A stretch of 64,000 nucleotides of DNA from Octopus sinensis (lineage: Eukaryota): the NCBI RefSeq assembly GCF_006345805.1, contig NC_043007.1, forward strand, positions 44,640,001-44,704,000, in the 5' to 3' direction. The notes under the pieces are model-generated. The model ran no database searches, was not told the origin of the DNA, and saw only the letters and a list, made by a program, of their open reading frames with translations. This document shows, piece by piece, positions 37,355-50,460 of the stretch (positions are counted from its first letter, which is position 1; every line of letters starts with the position of its first letter). The position numbers were made by a program, and so were the translations under genes.

Positions 37355-39023
37355 GCAGGACCATGAGGCATTTTAAGCAGGACCATAAATTCTATAGGAT
37401 ATTTAATAGAAGAACCCTGAAGGTTAGCTATTCTTGTTGCAGAAATTTCGCCTCTTACATTAGCCAGCATAATAGGAATCTGATTGAGATTAAACATGGT
37501 GCCAAGCCCATTAAGAAATGCAATTTCAAAAATGAATCCTCCTGTCCGTTAGAAGGGAAATGTCTAGTAAAAGGAGTAGTTTATAGAGCGAAGGTACAAA
37601 TAGAAGGCTCATCGGAATACAAGACATATACAGGGGCTTCAGAAAACTTGTTTAAAACGCGTTTTTATTCGCATAAAAATTCATTTAGATACCCAGAAAA
37701 TAGGAAGAGGACCAGCCTAGCAAAATATGTCTGGGAACTAAAAGAAAAGAAAACCCCACCTTTCAACGTGACATGGAGCATTCTGGACAGAGCGGCACTA
37801 TACAGGCATGGGGCACACAAGAATAATTTCAAATGCAATCTTTGCCTGTTAGAAAAACTCTATATTTTATTCAAAGACAATAATTCTTTGAATCAAAGAA
37901 GTGAGCTGATGAACTTATGCAGGCACGCAGCCAAATTTAAAATGTCAAACATAAATATACCATATGGATAGAGTATATATTTTGTCTTTTTGTATTTTTG
38001 ATTTTGAAATTTTGATTTTGATTCTTGGACTAGTATGTAAACGCAACGATGGATTTGTTTCGCGCTATGCAGATTCCATTCCGTATAGCAAAGTCTCATG
38101 CATATATTTTATTTATTTTGTTTACATTTCTTAGGAAAAACCTTCGGCTTAGTTTATTTCATGTTACTATATTGTATAGGCTTACTTTGATTTTTAATTT
38201 ATAGATGATCCGAAATAGGGTGTTATATTTTACATGTCTTTCGTATAATTTTCATTATTACACTCACCATTTTTTTAAAAGCAATGTTGTCATAAATTAG
38301 AATTTTGATGTAAATATGTGTATAGCCACGAATATGTATTTGTAAGCATACGTCTTTGTGTATGTGTAAGTGAGCGCATGTTTGTGCTTAAGCACACACA
38401 TACACGACTGTATGTGTATGTATCCACTTGAACTTGTGTGTTTGTGTACTTGTATCTCTCTATATGTGTCAATATACGAGGTTACACAGCTTGTATACAT
38501 AATTTTTCTTATTTCGTTTTTTCTTATTTTTTCATAATTTTTTCATAATTTTTTCATAATTTTTCTTATTTCGAATTTTTCCTTTTTTCCTCCCCCCTTT
38601 TTCTTTTTTCTCTCGCTTCCTTTCTTTCGTTTTTTTCTCTAACTATACGATACATGTATAGAGTCATGCAACTTTACGCCCTCCTCACTTACTCATGTCT
38701 TAAGCTTTGCTTCGTAAATTCGAACGATACTTAACCATCCATGATTTTAGCTTGCGTGCGAACTAGATTGCGTATACATATGTATACATGCATTTGTGTG
38801 TATATTTTAGCTTTATGTTTATACGTCTGTATATGTATGGGGTTTGCACGCATCTGTTCTGTGTATGTTGATATATATGTATACTTTAATATGAATATGT
38901 ATTGCTGTGTTATATTTTTAATGCATATTTTTAATGCATTTCAATTTCCATGTATTAATTATATTTCTTTCATTAAGGTCAATATGTATTTTATTCAATG
39001 AAAGGTTTTTTCCTCGAATTTTA

Positions 39024-39089
<66 letters not shown>

Positions 39090-39295
39090 AGCTCATCTTT
39101 GTTTATCGCTTGAAAATTGACCGCTATTTCTAAAGGGCCAATCAAACAAGTCCATTTTTTAAAGGTGTAGCGTTTGTAATAGTTTGGATAGAATTGACAT
39201 ATCGGTTCCATTCTAGCAAAAACTGTCCGATAAACGGCAACGGGAAACTCAGTGTAACAGGTTTTGTTGAATTTTCTGCTGCTTTAAATAAAGTA
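37355..39295 (+). mobile_element. 5'-truncated Penelope-like element (CNC-linker type) with 3' repeat tract and degenerate hammerhead
   Basis: ORF 37363..37971; 16-bp tandem duplication TTTTAAGCAGGACCAT at the 5' junction; degenerate HHR ctgt-CCGATAA...GAAAC-TCAGT-GTA-acag at about 39223-39260. Confidence 0.8.
37363..37971 (+). pseudogene. PLE RT thumb plus GIY-YIG endonuclease fragment
   Basis: IFNRRTLKVSYSC...HN...KCNF...CPLEGKCL..GVVYRAKV...KTYTG..FKTRFYSH...CNLCLLEK...LNQRSEL...CRH. Confidence 0.85.
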
Positions 39296-39324
39296 TATAT
39301 ATATATATACACACACATACATAC

Positions 39325-41370
39325 ATACATCCTCACCATCATTTAGTATTTGCTTTCCATGCTGGCATGGGTTAGATGGTTTGACTGAAACTAGTAAGCT
39401 GGAGAGCTGCACCAGGTTCCAATCTGATGGCATGATTTCTATGGTTGGATGCCCTTTCTAATGTCGGCCACTCCAAGAGTGTAATGGGTGCTTTTTATGT
39501 GCCATTGGCATGGGTGCCAGTTACATGACACTGGCATCAGCCACAACTACGATTCCACTTGGCTTGACGAGATTTGGCTTGAGAGATCCAATGTTCAATG
39601 GGTGCTTTTTGTGTGCCACTGGCATGGGTGTTTTGACTATGGTTTCATTTGGCATGACAGGCCTTTTCAAACATGGCATATCCCAAAAGGTCTCTGTCAC
39701 TTGTCATTGTTTCCATGAGGCCCAACATTCAAAGATCATGCTTCACCACCTTGTACCATGTCTTCATGGGTCTACCTCTTCAACAGGTCTAACTTAATAA
39801 ATAAATTTGTACTCAGCAGAAGTATAAAATAGCCCAGCAGATTAATGCAAAATGGTTAGCTGAATGCCCTACACAGTCTTCTCTCTTAATCACAACATCT
39901 TATGCCTCTTATACCCAATTTTTCTCATAAAACATTTACACTCTGTTGTATGTGCACACTGACACCGCACATCCAGTGAAGCATACTAGCTTCATTCCTT
40001 TCAAGCCATTACAAGTCCTCTGCAGCCACAGTCCATCTTTCATTGCCATGTAGCATGGCTGTTCACACACAGGCCTCATACAATCTGACTGTCATTGTAA
40101 TGAAGAGGCCCTTCATTACCAACAAAGTTGGAAGCTCTCTGAACTTTGTCCAGCCCATTCTCAGAGCATTCTCCTCCATTGCTGACTTGGTCACCAAAGT
40201 AATGGAAACTATCTACTACTTCTAAGTATCTCCCTGAACTTTTGACAAAGACTATTCTCTGCACATTCCTAGTGCTTATTGTACCCACACATCTGGTGCA
40301 CACAAAGACCACTTTCTCTGTTAGCCTTCCTCTGATACTGCCTCTTATGTATCTATAACTGGCACCATATACACTTATGGAGTTTCTACCTACACCTTTT
40401 CTACTGCTCATGCAGGGCCATCTCCCTGAAAAGATGTGTGATTTATCTGTTTTCCTACTAACTTTAGTCTTTGCTAAATTAACTCTAAGGCCCTTTGGTC
40501 CCAGACCATGCTTCCACACCTGAAATTTCTTCTATAGTTCTGGTAGTGAATCAGCTATACCAACAAAGTCATCAGCATAGAGGAGCTCCCAAGGGCAGTT
40601 TATCATAAATTGCTCTGTTATGGCCTGGAGGACTATGATGAACAAGATGGGGCTGAGAACCGATCCTTGGTTAACTCCTACCTGTACACTGAATTCATTG
40701 CTTTACTCCTTACTGACTCTCACCTTACTGACAGCTTCCCTATATATGGTTTGTATAGCTCTCACCAATCACTCATTTATCCCTATCTTCTGCATTGACT
40801 ACCTAATAGGGGAACAGGGGACCCTGTCAAAGGCTTTCACTATGTCAACAAAATCCAAATACAGAGGGGTTTTTTTTTTGGTTTAGTACTCCTACAGCTG
40901 CTTTACCCAGAATATAGCATTGGTAAGGTTTCTTCATGGCACAAAATCAAACTGCATCTCATCTCGACTAACTCTCTTCCTATTTAGTTGAGCTATGAAC
41001 CTCTCTGCAACTTTCGCTGCCAGGTCCAGCAATTTGATATCTCTGTAATTATTTCTGTCTAAGGTATCACCTTTACCTTTGTAGCAGTTGACTATAATGC
41101 TGCTACACCAATCAATGAGTATGGCTCCCTCATGAACAACCTAATTAACTATACAGGTGACTAGATCATATCCCATTCTACCAGATATTTTAAGCATCTC
41201 AGCAGTAATTTCTGACTAGCCAGGGGCTTTCTCTATCTTTATATCCATCATAGCTTTATTTATCAAGCTACTGTCTGCTAGGATATCTATCATGTTTCCA
41301 TCTATTCATATAGCTGGTCCCTCTGTTGGGTCCATATTAGGCAGACTTTCCTTCTCCCATGTGAACCTCT
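39325..41370 (-). pseudogene. Degraded RTE LINE 3' half (same family as 35068-36712)
   Basis: ORF 40076..40519 (GLRVNLAKTKV...GRWPC...GVGRNSI); RT motifs at 40540-41100. Confidence 0.85.
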
Positions 41371-41374
41371 TTGA

Positions 41375-41790
41375 AAATTTGTATAACCACTTTGGTTTGA
41401 CTACAAACATAATGAAGATGAAGATCCTTGCACAGGGAGCCCCTGGTCAACCTCCCCTGACACCAATGTTGCATTGTCTTGGAAACCAAGGAGGCTTTCC
41501 CATACCTTGGAAGCTACCTGTCCAGTTATTGCACTTTTCAGAAAGACACCATGAATAAGTTCAGCACAGCCTATACTGCTTTTGAAAGACTCTCAAAACA
41601 ATTCTTCTTAAACCATAACTTCACCATCCAAAAGAAAATCATGGTATTTTGAGCCATCATCATTTCCACCCTCGTCTACATCTGTGAGACATGGGTGCTG
41701 TATTAATGAGACTTAAAGAAAATTGAACATTTCCAACAGCACAAACTTCATGCAGTCATGAGGATTCAATGGAAGGACCAGGTCAGCAGG
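41375..41790 (+). pseudogene. RTE-BovB-like RT C-terminal fragment
   Basis: HFGLTTNIMKMKILAQ...FPYLGS-like...CETW remnants. Confidence 0.55.
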
Positions 41791-42180
41791 GATATAAAAG
41801 AGAAGAGACGGACTTAGAAAGAGTGGAAAAGCTGGGGTAGCAAAAAACCATATCAGATAGCTAAAAGAGAAGCTAGGCATCATGTTTTTCTAATTAGGAC
41901 AGAAGTAGAAAGGAAGACAACATGAAAATCAGAGACTTGAGGTGTTTCAGATTGCCAGAAACTATGTTAGAGAGAATCAAGATGTTGTGAGAGAGAAGTG
42001 TGTACAGACAGATGATGGTATGTTTGCTCTAAGTGATCCTGGAAAGAAAGAGGTATGGAAGAACTAGTATGAAAGGTTATTAAATGTGAAGAAGGAACAG
42101 AGGAAAGGTTGGGTCACCCCCAGATGAATCCAAAAGAAGGACTGGCTATCCTAGTTGACAGCACCATGATAGATAACACA
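41790..42180 (+). pseudogene. RTE linker fragment, inverted relative to 39325-41370
   Basis: NQRLEVFQIARNYVRENQDVVREKCV matches ORF 25679..25993. Confidence 0.75.
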
Positions 42181-43089
42181 ATTATACACAACAGGCTTTC
42201 ATACAATTTCTGTCTACAAAATCCACTCACAAGGCATTGGTCAGTCCAAGGATATACCACGAGACACTGGCCCAAAATACTTTGCTTTGCAGTGGAACTG
42301 AACCCAAAACCATCACATAGGTGCTAGGTGAGCTTCTTAACTACGCAATCCTGCAGGTAAAAAGGGTGTGGGGGGAGAAGAAAACCAAATTGGCTTTTCC
42401 TCTTTTGTGAATCTCTTTGATATTAGAGAAACTGGTAAAGTAGGTTTTTCTCAAATTTCTTTAAAGATGTTTATAAGTTTTTCCAAGGACATGCTTTGTG
42501 GTTGCTGCTATCATTGATATTACTGTCGTCATTGTCTAATATAATAAGTATTCTGTGAATTTTATTAAATCTCACCAATGTCTTTTCATTTTTTTCTCAT
42601 GGCAGAGACAGTTGACTATCCCTGTTGGAGTCTGGAATTTTATATCTTGGTAAATAGGAGAATCATTCACACAGTTATTGTTTGTTTATCTGTTTTCATA
42701 TTAGAATATGGATAATATAGAGTGTGTATGTGTGTGAGAGGGGGGAGAGAGAGAAAGAGAGAAGGTGAGAAACAGATGTGAAACAAGGAAACAATGTGTG
42801 TGAGAGAGAATATGGAGAGAGGGCAGAGAGTGGGAAGGGAGAGGAAGAGTGAGAGAGAGAAAAAGGGAGAGAGAGCAGTGAAAGGAGAGAGGGAGAGAGA
42901 AGGAAATATTGTAAGAGCAAGAAGAAGAAGAAGAAGAAGAAGAAGAAGAGGAAGGTGGAGAAGGAGGAGGAAGGGAGGAGAAAAATAAGTCAAGATAAAC
43001 AGATAGAATAGAAAACAAGAGACAGAGAAAACAAAACAGAGAGTGAGAGAAAAGGGAGATTATTAGAGTAAGTGGAAAGTATTAGAGAA

Positions 43090-43476
43090 TGTAAATTTGT
43101 TAGGAGAAGATATGTAATAAATATCAAATCAACATTCCAACGCTACTGTCTATCTGGTCAACATCTAAGTACAATAGTCTATCTAGTCAAGATCTACACA
43201 CTGTAGTTTGATTTCCTTCAATGATCATGTGTTAATGCCTACAGCACCAGCCTGTTGGTTGGGTTGGGAATTTCCTGGTGTTTCTCTGGCAATGACCAGT
43301 TAATCTAATTTCTTCTAACAGCTGTTTCCTTTTCTAAACCTCTGTACTGAAGCTTGTTAATGTGCACATTCTCTTTGATATTAATGATTAGACACGATAT
43401 TGTGGTGTACTCATTGTAGTACTCAATTAGAGACTTGTGCAGGGTAGGCTTCAGGCTCCAGCAATCACAGCCATAT
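43090..43476 (-). pseudogene. RTE-type LINE C-terminal fragment
   Basis: YGCDCWSLKPTLHKSL...NI...HINKLQYRGL...VRR. Confidence 0.55.
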
Positions 43477-43477
43477 A

Positions 43478-43850
43478 TGACGATGGGCTGAAAAGGTTCA
43501 TAGGCTGACTATGAAGGAATGATGCTAAAGCTGTGAAATCTTGCTTGCATTAATTTCAAATCTTATTAATAACTGCATTGTTTCATTCCAGGTAAACTGA
43601 CATCTGACTGTTCAAAGTAGACTTCAAAAGTAACTAGTAGTGAATTTTCTTGAAAATGGACAAAATTTGGCATCGTGGTGTTATGGAAGTAGCTGCAGAA
43701 AAAGGGTCTTGTCCCCATGCTGACATAGTTGCTGCATTAGGGAATAATGCTTTATCAACAGTGCAAAAGTGGGCAGCTGAATTAAGGTGGGGAAGGGAGA
43801 TTCTTGAAGATGACCCAAGGTCTGGATGTCCTGCAACTGTTAAAAACAGT
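43478..43850 (+). mobile_element. mariner 5' fragment
   Basis: CGATGGGCTGAAAAGGTTC TIR-like end; MDKIWHRGV...STVQKWAAE..GRE.LEDDPRSGCP. Confidence 0.8.
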
Positions 43851-44664
43851 TACTGTGCTTCTGTGCCAATACTGACCTGGTCTATAACAACATATTGTTT
43901 GCTGTCAAGTGCCACTCACCAATATATAAACTCTATGAGATGGGGAAATTGCTATTTTAGAGAAGAAGGTGTTGTATTGGCTATCTTGTACAGACTAGCA
44001 GAAATGGTTTACATAATTTGTTTAATGTCTTTGACAGTATTATGTTGTATAATTCATGTATTTTAGTTTATTATTACATATTAATAAAATATATCCAAAG
44101 CATTTTACAAAAACAAGCAAAAAAAAATCATATTTTACAATTTTCATTTTATTGCTACATCAGGTTTGTATCACTTTTATTTCATTTGAAAGGAAGCACT
44201 TCCCTCACTTTTGTTTCACTGTCAAAGTTTCCAGTATATTACAATCTCCGCCAAGTTCTGTGGTTTCACTTTCTGAATTATAGAATGAAATAATGTTGAA
44301 GCTACAATACAACAAGGTGCCTGTGAATGTGACCCAACAAGGGAGTTCTGTTAATGAAATAACAATATTTCACCAGATCTGTTAATGAAGTTATGGGATT
44401 CACTCCTCATGGCACAATTTGGCATCACTTTTGTGAGAGACTAAACTGTATATTTTTCCCAATGTCAGCATCTTTCTTCCGTTTGAATACCATAGTCATC
44501 ATACAGATATGCAAAATACATTGAGTAATAGCAATTCATCATATAAATTTTATATCTTAATCTCATAGGTGAAGTCCAAATATTAGAGCTCAAATGCATT
44601 CTAGAAGAATCTGTTGTCAAATCTTATTTATGCAGTGTATAAATGAAAAATATCTTTTATCTTT

Positions 44665-45035
44665 TACTTATTTCAGTCATTAGACTGTGGCCATGCTGGG
44701 ATGCTGCCTTGAAGAATATTTAGTTGAATAAGGAATTGACCTCAGTACTTAATAGTTTTTGAGTCTTATTCTATTGGTTCCTTTTGCTGAACCACTAAGT
44801 TATGGGGACATAAACGCACCAACACTGGTTGTCAAATTGTAGTGGGACACAAACAGAGACCCAAAGACACACACACACATATGATGGGCTTCTTTCAGTT
44901 TCTACCTACCAAATCTATTCGCAAGATTTTGGTTGGCCCAAGGCTATAGTAGAAGATATTTGGCCATGGTGCTATGCAGTGGGACTGAACCTGAAACCAC
45001 ATGATTGGAAAGCAAACCTCTTACTACACAGCCAC
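44665..45035 (-). mobile_element. SINE family A
   Basis: Reverse-complement full-length copy. Confidence 0.8.
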
Positions 45036-45539
45036 TCCTGATTTATTTTTAATAATTTTCTTAGGTAACTTTTGTCACTTCCAGTTCTTTTAGTCTCATT
45101 TCTTTTACATTTTGCATCTACTATTTTTACATTCTAAAATAAAGTTTAACCTTTTGGTATATACAAGAATGTGTATGCAAATTTTTTGCTATGTATTTTT
45201 TTCTAAATTTTAAAATTTAGAGCCTCGGTAATTTATTTTTTCTCTCACAGCTTTGTGTTTAGGCAACTAGACACTTGATCTTAAGATTTTTTATCACTCT
45301 CTGAAGGAGGATAAGCAAAGTTGACCTTGGCAGGTTTTAAACTCAGAATTCTGAGAACTGGAACAAAGACTACAAAGCGTTCTATTCAATACTCTAACAA
45401 CTCTACTTAATTGCTGATTTCATTTTATCATAAGAAGTGCTTAAATGTATAAGACACTTAAAGGCAAAAAAAGAATTGGAAATAAAAATTTAAGGGCTGT
45501 CTGTTATTAATTAGTCTTGATTATAAAAACAATTACTAA

Positions 45540-46800
45540 TTATTCCAGATTGAGCTGACATTTGAACATTTAATCTGTGATGAGAGCTAGTCCAAGTGAT
45601 CTACATTGCTTTTGTGCTTTTCATACCAGTTTTGAATAACATTAACTGTGTGACACAGCACATTATCATCCTGGAAGGTTGTGCAACTGCCAGGGAACAA
45701 TATTTGTATCACAGGATGGACATGATCAACGAAAATATTCAGATAATCCATGCTGTTAACTCTGCCATGTAGAATACTTAAAGAGCCAAGATAATTTCCT
45801 TGATATGCATGCTCAAATCATCATAAAGCCATCTCCATGCTTCATGGTAGGAACGAAACAGTCAGTGTTGAAAGTTTCTTTGGTAGTCTCTAGACATAAA
45901 CTTGCTCTGAAGTGGGGAAAAATAATGAACGATGATTCACCAGAGAAGACTACATCGAATAACTGGCCATTCTAGACAATTTTTTTTTTTCCTGTTTATT
46001 GATGTTGATAGGAGATAGGAGGCAGTTTAGCAATTGCAGCTTTTCTAAGGTATCAACCTTCATAGAGCTCATGATCTGAATGGTATTTGTTGACTCAGAG
46101 TTGGCAAAGTTATGGTTTAGCTTGGTTGTCACTTTTACTGCCATAGTTTGATGGTTTTTATATACTATACCTTTCACTGTTTTGAGGTAGCTCTATGTGA
46201 GCACTGCCTTCTTCCATCCAGAGTAATGCTTCCTAGGGCCAAAGGAATTCCATGAAATGACTGCCCATATCACAGAGTCAACTCACTGCTTCATGCAGGG
46301 GCCAAACTGTCAAGGTTGAAGGCTTCTTATGTCTTCAGACATAAACATACTATGAAGTTGGAAAAGGAATAAATGATGATTCGTCAGAGAAAATTACATT
46401 GGGCCATTGACCACGTCTTATAGTACAGACATCGTCTTTTGTGTTTATCAATGTTGAGGGAGAGGAAAGGTTAAGAAATTGCAGTTCTCCTATGGTATCC
46501 ATCTTTATGGAGATCATGATGAATGGTTTTTGTAAGGTTGTGGTTTAGTTCTGCTGTCACTTTTGCTGTCATAGTTTGATTGTTTTTAGACAATACTGTT
46601 CAATATTTTGCAGTCTTTCTTTGAGAACATTGCCTTCCCTCCAGAATTACGCTTGCCATTTCTTGGTTTTTTAGAATGGCCACAAAATTTTAGAGACTTT
46701 GCCTGTAGAAGCACTAAACAATTCAGTAATTTTAGCGATTGAAACTCCAGCCATTCATGCCCCAATAATTTGTCCTCTTCAGAAATCAGACAGGTCAAGC
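45540..46800 (-). mobile_element. Nested degraded Tc1 fragments (at least two copies)
   Basis: VVFSGESSF...KHGDGFMMI...TFQDDN; 45990-46200 and 46440-46620 are paralogous segments. Confidence 0.7.
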
Positions 46801-46957
46801 ATTTTAACTTGTTTGAATATAGATATTTGCAAAAGAAAAAAAAAAAGAAAACAGAGGGCTATATAATGAGGTAGAAGATGTACATAATACATATAAATTT
46901 GTCATATAGGTCAATAGACTATAAATATAAAATGAGGCTTTTATTATTTCATCCCAT

Positions 46958-47032
<75 letters not shown>

Positions 47033-47305
47033 TGAGAGTGGGAGTTGTTGTAAGGCATACTTCTTATCCATGGACATGGCTGTGCTCCTATAAATAGCAG
47101 TCAAATACTCTTTCTGAACTGCCCATTTCAAACACGTGTACTGGTAGGCTATATATAGTGCTGAGTGGTATTTAAAATTTCTTGTAGTAATGAAAGGGCA
47201 TTGCAGCTCTTTATGTTCTGAGTTCAAATCCTGTTATGGTCAACTGTTGCTCTCATTCTTCTGGGGTCAACAGAATTAATTATTTGGTAATTACTCATTG
47301 ATATA

Positions 47306-48157
47306 CAAGGTGCATTCAAAAAGTATTTGACTTTATTTTTTCTGCCAAAGCTAATGCTGTGTAGATAAAAATCCTTTGGGTGGGAGGTGATGCCACCCTT
47401 CCTGGACATGTGTGAAAATCTTCAGTTCCTAGCTGTTATACCTAGAGTACAGATGTGTAGTAGGAACTCGGTGGATTTTTGCTTTCACTGAACACATCAA
47501 GCAGAGATATTGTATCAAGTTTTGCCAAAAGTTTGGTGATACTTAAGCTCAAAACCAATCAGAAAATCCGGCAGGCTTTGGCGATGATGTCATAGACAAA
47601 ACTCAGATCAAGGAGTGGTACAACCATTTCAAACATGGCCACACCTCAATCGAAAGTGAGGCATGCCCAAGCAGGTCATCCACAAGCCAAAATGTGGTGC
47701 TGATTGGAAAAGTTCAGCAAATAATCATTGAGGACTGTCATGTACGAATGCAGGAAATTGCTGGAAATAAGCACAGGATCAGTGCATTCCATTTTGATAG
47801 AGGATTTGTGCATGTGGAGTTTGGGGAAATGTTCCCCCTAGTTGCTGTTGGAGCAAGAGGAACAACTCTGTTTGGAAATTGTGCAGAACATACCGGCCCA
47901 TGCAAACCATGGCCTAGACTTCGTGAAGACCATCATCTCTGATTATGAGATGAGACATGGGTTTATGGTCTCTGCTTGATGTATTTGGTCATCTTGTGTG
48001 AGAATGAAACTTGAACGAGCACACACTACATGTCTGTACTCTAGGCATAACAGCTGGGAACTGACATTTTCATGCATGCAGAAGAAGGGTAATCTCCCAC
48101 TCAAAGGATTTTGTCCACACGGCATTAGTTTTGGTGAGGAAAAAATAAAGTCAGATA
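47306..48157 (+). mobile_element. Internally deleted mariner with both TIRs (right TIR partial)
   Basis: TA|CAAGGTGCATTCAAAAAGTATTTGACTTTATTTTTTC versus AAAAAATAAAGTCAGATA; QRYCIKFCQK...IKEWYNHFKHG. Confidence 0.8.
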
Positions 48158-48158
48158 T

Positions 48159-48298
48159 ACATTATTTACATTTGATGGATATTTGTTCTCATCTTGTTTG
48201 TTGTTAACACAACGTTTCGGCTAATATATCCTCCAGCCTTCATCAGGTGTCTTGGGGAAATTTTGAACCTGGGTTCTCATTCCTAAGGTATTGTTTGA

Positions 48299-48300
<2 letters not shown>
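48159..48300 (-). mobile_element. Hammerhead-bearing pLTR-like repeat (copy 1)
   Basis: Reverse complement of 50283-50420. Confidence 0.85.
48206..48251 (-). ncRNA. Minimal type-I hammerhead, intact, with palindromic stem III (dimer type)
   Basis: gacac-CTGATGA-A-GGCTG(GAGGATATAT)TAGCC-GAAAC-GTT^gtgtt. Confidence 0.8.
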
Positions 48301-48360
<60 letters not shown>

Positions 48361-48373
48361 TATTATTTTTATT

Positions 48374-49132
48374 GGCCCATGGATACCTTCCAAAAGTCCC
48401 TCGCCTAGCAGTGCTACCGAGGGGCACTGCCAGTTCGGGACAAACTCTACTGGCACGGAAGTGCTGGCAGCCGGGCCTGCTCAAGGTGCACTCAGAGCAA
48501 CGAAACTGTTCTGCATGCACTTGTCCAGTGCCTGAGTATTGGTGACCTGTGGGTTTATGTTGAACAGCTACTGTCACATGTAGGACGGATCCGGCTATCA
48601 ACTGAATCCATAGTGAAGATTGCCCCACTGACCTCCTTTAACCAGGAGGGAAAGACAATTTTCATTTGTCTAGTAGCTGTAGTGAAAGTGGTGGTATGGT
48701 GGACCCATTTGAAAAGACTAAAGTTAGACGCTTTCCTCTTTGGCCAAGGCCTCATCAACTTTTTCAAGTTCCACTTGAAAAGGAAGGTGAGAGTAGAGAG
48801 GGAAGTGTTGTCTCGTAGCAAATTTGTTGAATAGTGGGTAAATGCTGGAAGAATGGCCAGTATGAACGGACCAATTCTGAGATTACACCTGTAAAACAAG
48901 GAATATAAAAGGAGAAGGGGCTCTCACCCTGTCTGACCAGACTCCTGTGGCTTTTATGGGTTTTTCAAAGCACCTCCCCCTATTGGGAGTTTTTACTTGT
49001 TATATTTTTTGCTGTTATCAAATGTTTATATGGACCTTTTCTTTTTGCAAAACCCTTTGTTTTTATTGTCCTGTCTTTATCCTTTCATGTTTTTTTTTTA
49101 TTTATATTAGCCCTTGTGGCCAATAAACCAGA
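48374..49132 (+). pseudogene. L1/Tx1-clade LINE 3' end inserted in (ATT)n
   Basis: ORF 48613..48834 (LVAVVKVVVWWT...FFKFHLKRKVRVERE...F); T-rich 3' UTR; AATAAA at 49122-49127; ATT repeats on both sides. Confidence 0.65.
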
Positions 49133-49151
49133 ATTAATTATTATTATTATT

Positions 49152-49175
49152 GGTGAGTTCGATTCCAGGCAGTGA

Positions 49176-49221
<46 letters not shown>

Positions 49222-50204
49222 TATAATAATAATAATAATAATAATAAGAATAATAAGAAGAAGAAGAAGAAGAAGATGATGAAGAAACAACAAAAGCTAT
49301 AAAACAAATGAAATCCAAACTAAAAATAGAACAGCAACGAACCATGATAAAACGATGGCAAGAAAAGCCCCTTCATGGTAAATACTGCACTAAACTAAAC
49401 GCAAAAGAAATAGACAAAAAAAATCCCAGCAATGGTTGAGAAGCTCAGGACTCAAAGCAGAAACAGAGGGATTTTTAATTGCAGCACAAGACCAAAGCCT
49501 CCCCACCAGAAATTACCAAAAACATGTAATGAAAAGAAATATTACAAGTAACTGCAGAATATGTGGAGATGGACAAGAAACAATAAATCATATTATCTCT
49601 AGCTGCCCAGTCCTGGCTAAGAAGGAATATATTCACAGACATGACAGAGTTGGAACCTACATACATTGGAAGCTATGCCAACATTATGAAAAAAGATGGT
49701 ATAGGCACACACCAGAAAAGGTCACAGAAAATGAGAAAGCAACCATACTCTGGGATATGCCGATACACAGATAGAGAAATTAAGGCCAACAGCCCAGATA
49801 TAGTTGTCAGAGATCATGAAGAAAAAAAATGCTTTCTAATTGATGTATCAATACCGGCAGATGACAACGTGTCTCTAAAAGAAATGGAGAAACTCTCAAA
49901 ATACAAAGACCTGGAAATAGAGGTAACTAGAATGTGGAATCTGAAAACAGAAACAATTCCTATCATAGTAGGTGCATTAGGCATGATAAAAAAAATTCAG
50001 ACAAATACATAACAAAAACACCAGGACTTACAAACACATATAACATACAGAAAATTGCACTACTAGGCACTGCACACATCCTACGCAGAACACTTTCCAT
50101 ACAATAACCATCAGAGCATCACAACAAATCACAGCACATACCCAAGGCACACAGAGCTGCGCTCGGTAGTGAAGTGAAAGCACGCTATAAAAATAAAACT
50201 ACTG

Positions 50205-50265
<61 letters not shown>

Positions 50266-50460
50266 TAATAATAATAATAGCATCGAAAAATACCTTAGGA
50301 ATGAGAACCCACATTTGAAATTTCCCCAAGACACCTGATGAAGGCTGGAGGGTATCTCAGCCGAAACGTGTTAACAACAAACAAGATGAGGATAAATATC
50401 TGTCAAATGTAAATAATGTAAATAATGTACATAATTCCTCATCTCTTAAATATAGAACTG
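49152..50460 (+). mobile_element. Hammerhead-bearing pLTR-like repeat (copy 2) with an R4 element in its internal TAA tract
   Basis: GAGTTCGATTCCAGGCAGTGACCTGA-(TAA)n [R4] (TAA)n-ATCGAAAAATACCTTAGG...; HHR at 50330-50372 with a 3-nt deletion at the cleavage site. Confidence 0.7.
49283..50204 (+). pseudogene. 5'-truncated R4/Dong LINE (CCHC knuckle plus PD-(D/E)xK endonuclease)
   Basis: LKAETEGFLIAAQDQ...CRICG...ETINHIISSC...RHDRV...PDIVV...LIDVSIP...EKLSKYKDL; (TAA)n on both flanks. Confidence 0.9.

Noticed and set aside
36632-37971. Apparent mariner-GIY-YIG fusion gene
   Set aside because: A stop separates the ORFs; the mariner lacks a start and its last two catalytic residues; a nested PLE insertion explains the junction.
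42606-42649. 44-nt candidate exon after a strong polypyrimidine tract
   Set aside because: Too short to identify; such sites arise by chance in AT-rich DNA.
44209-44272. 64-nt minus-strand candidate exon (ESETTELGGDCNILETLTVKQ)
   Set aside because: No homology recognised and no supporting exon chain.
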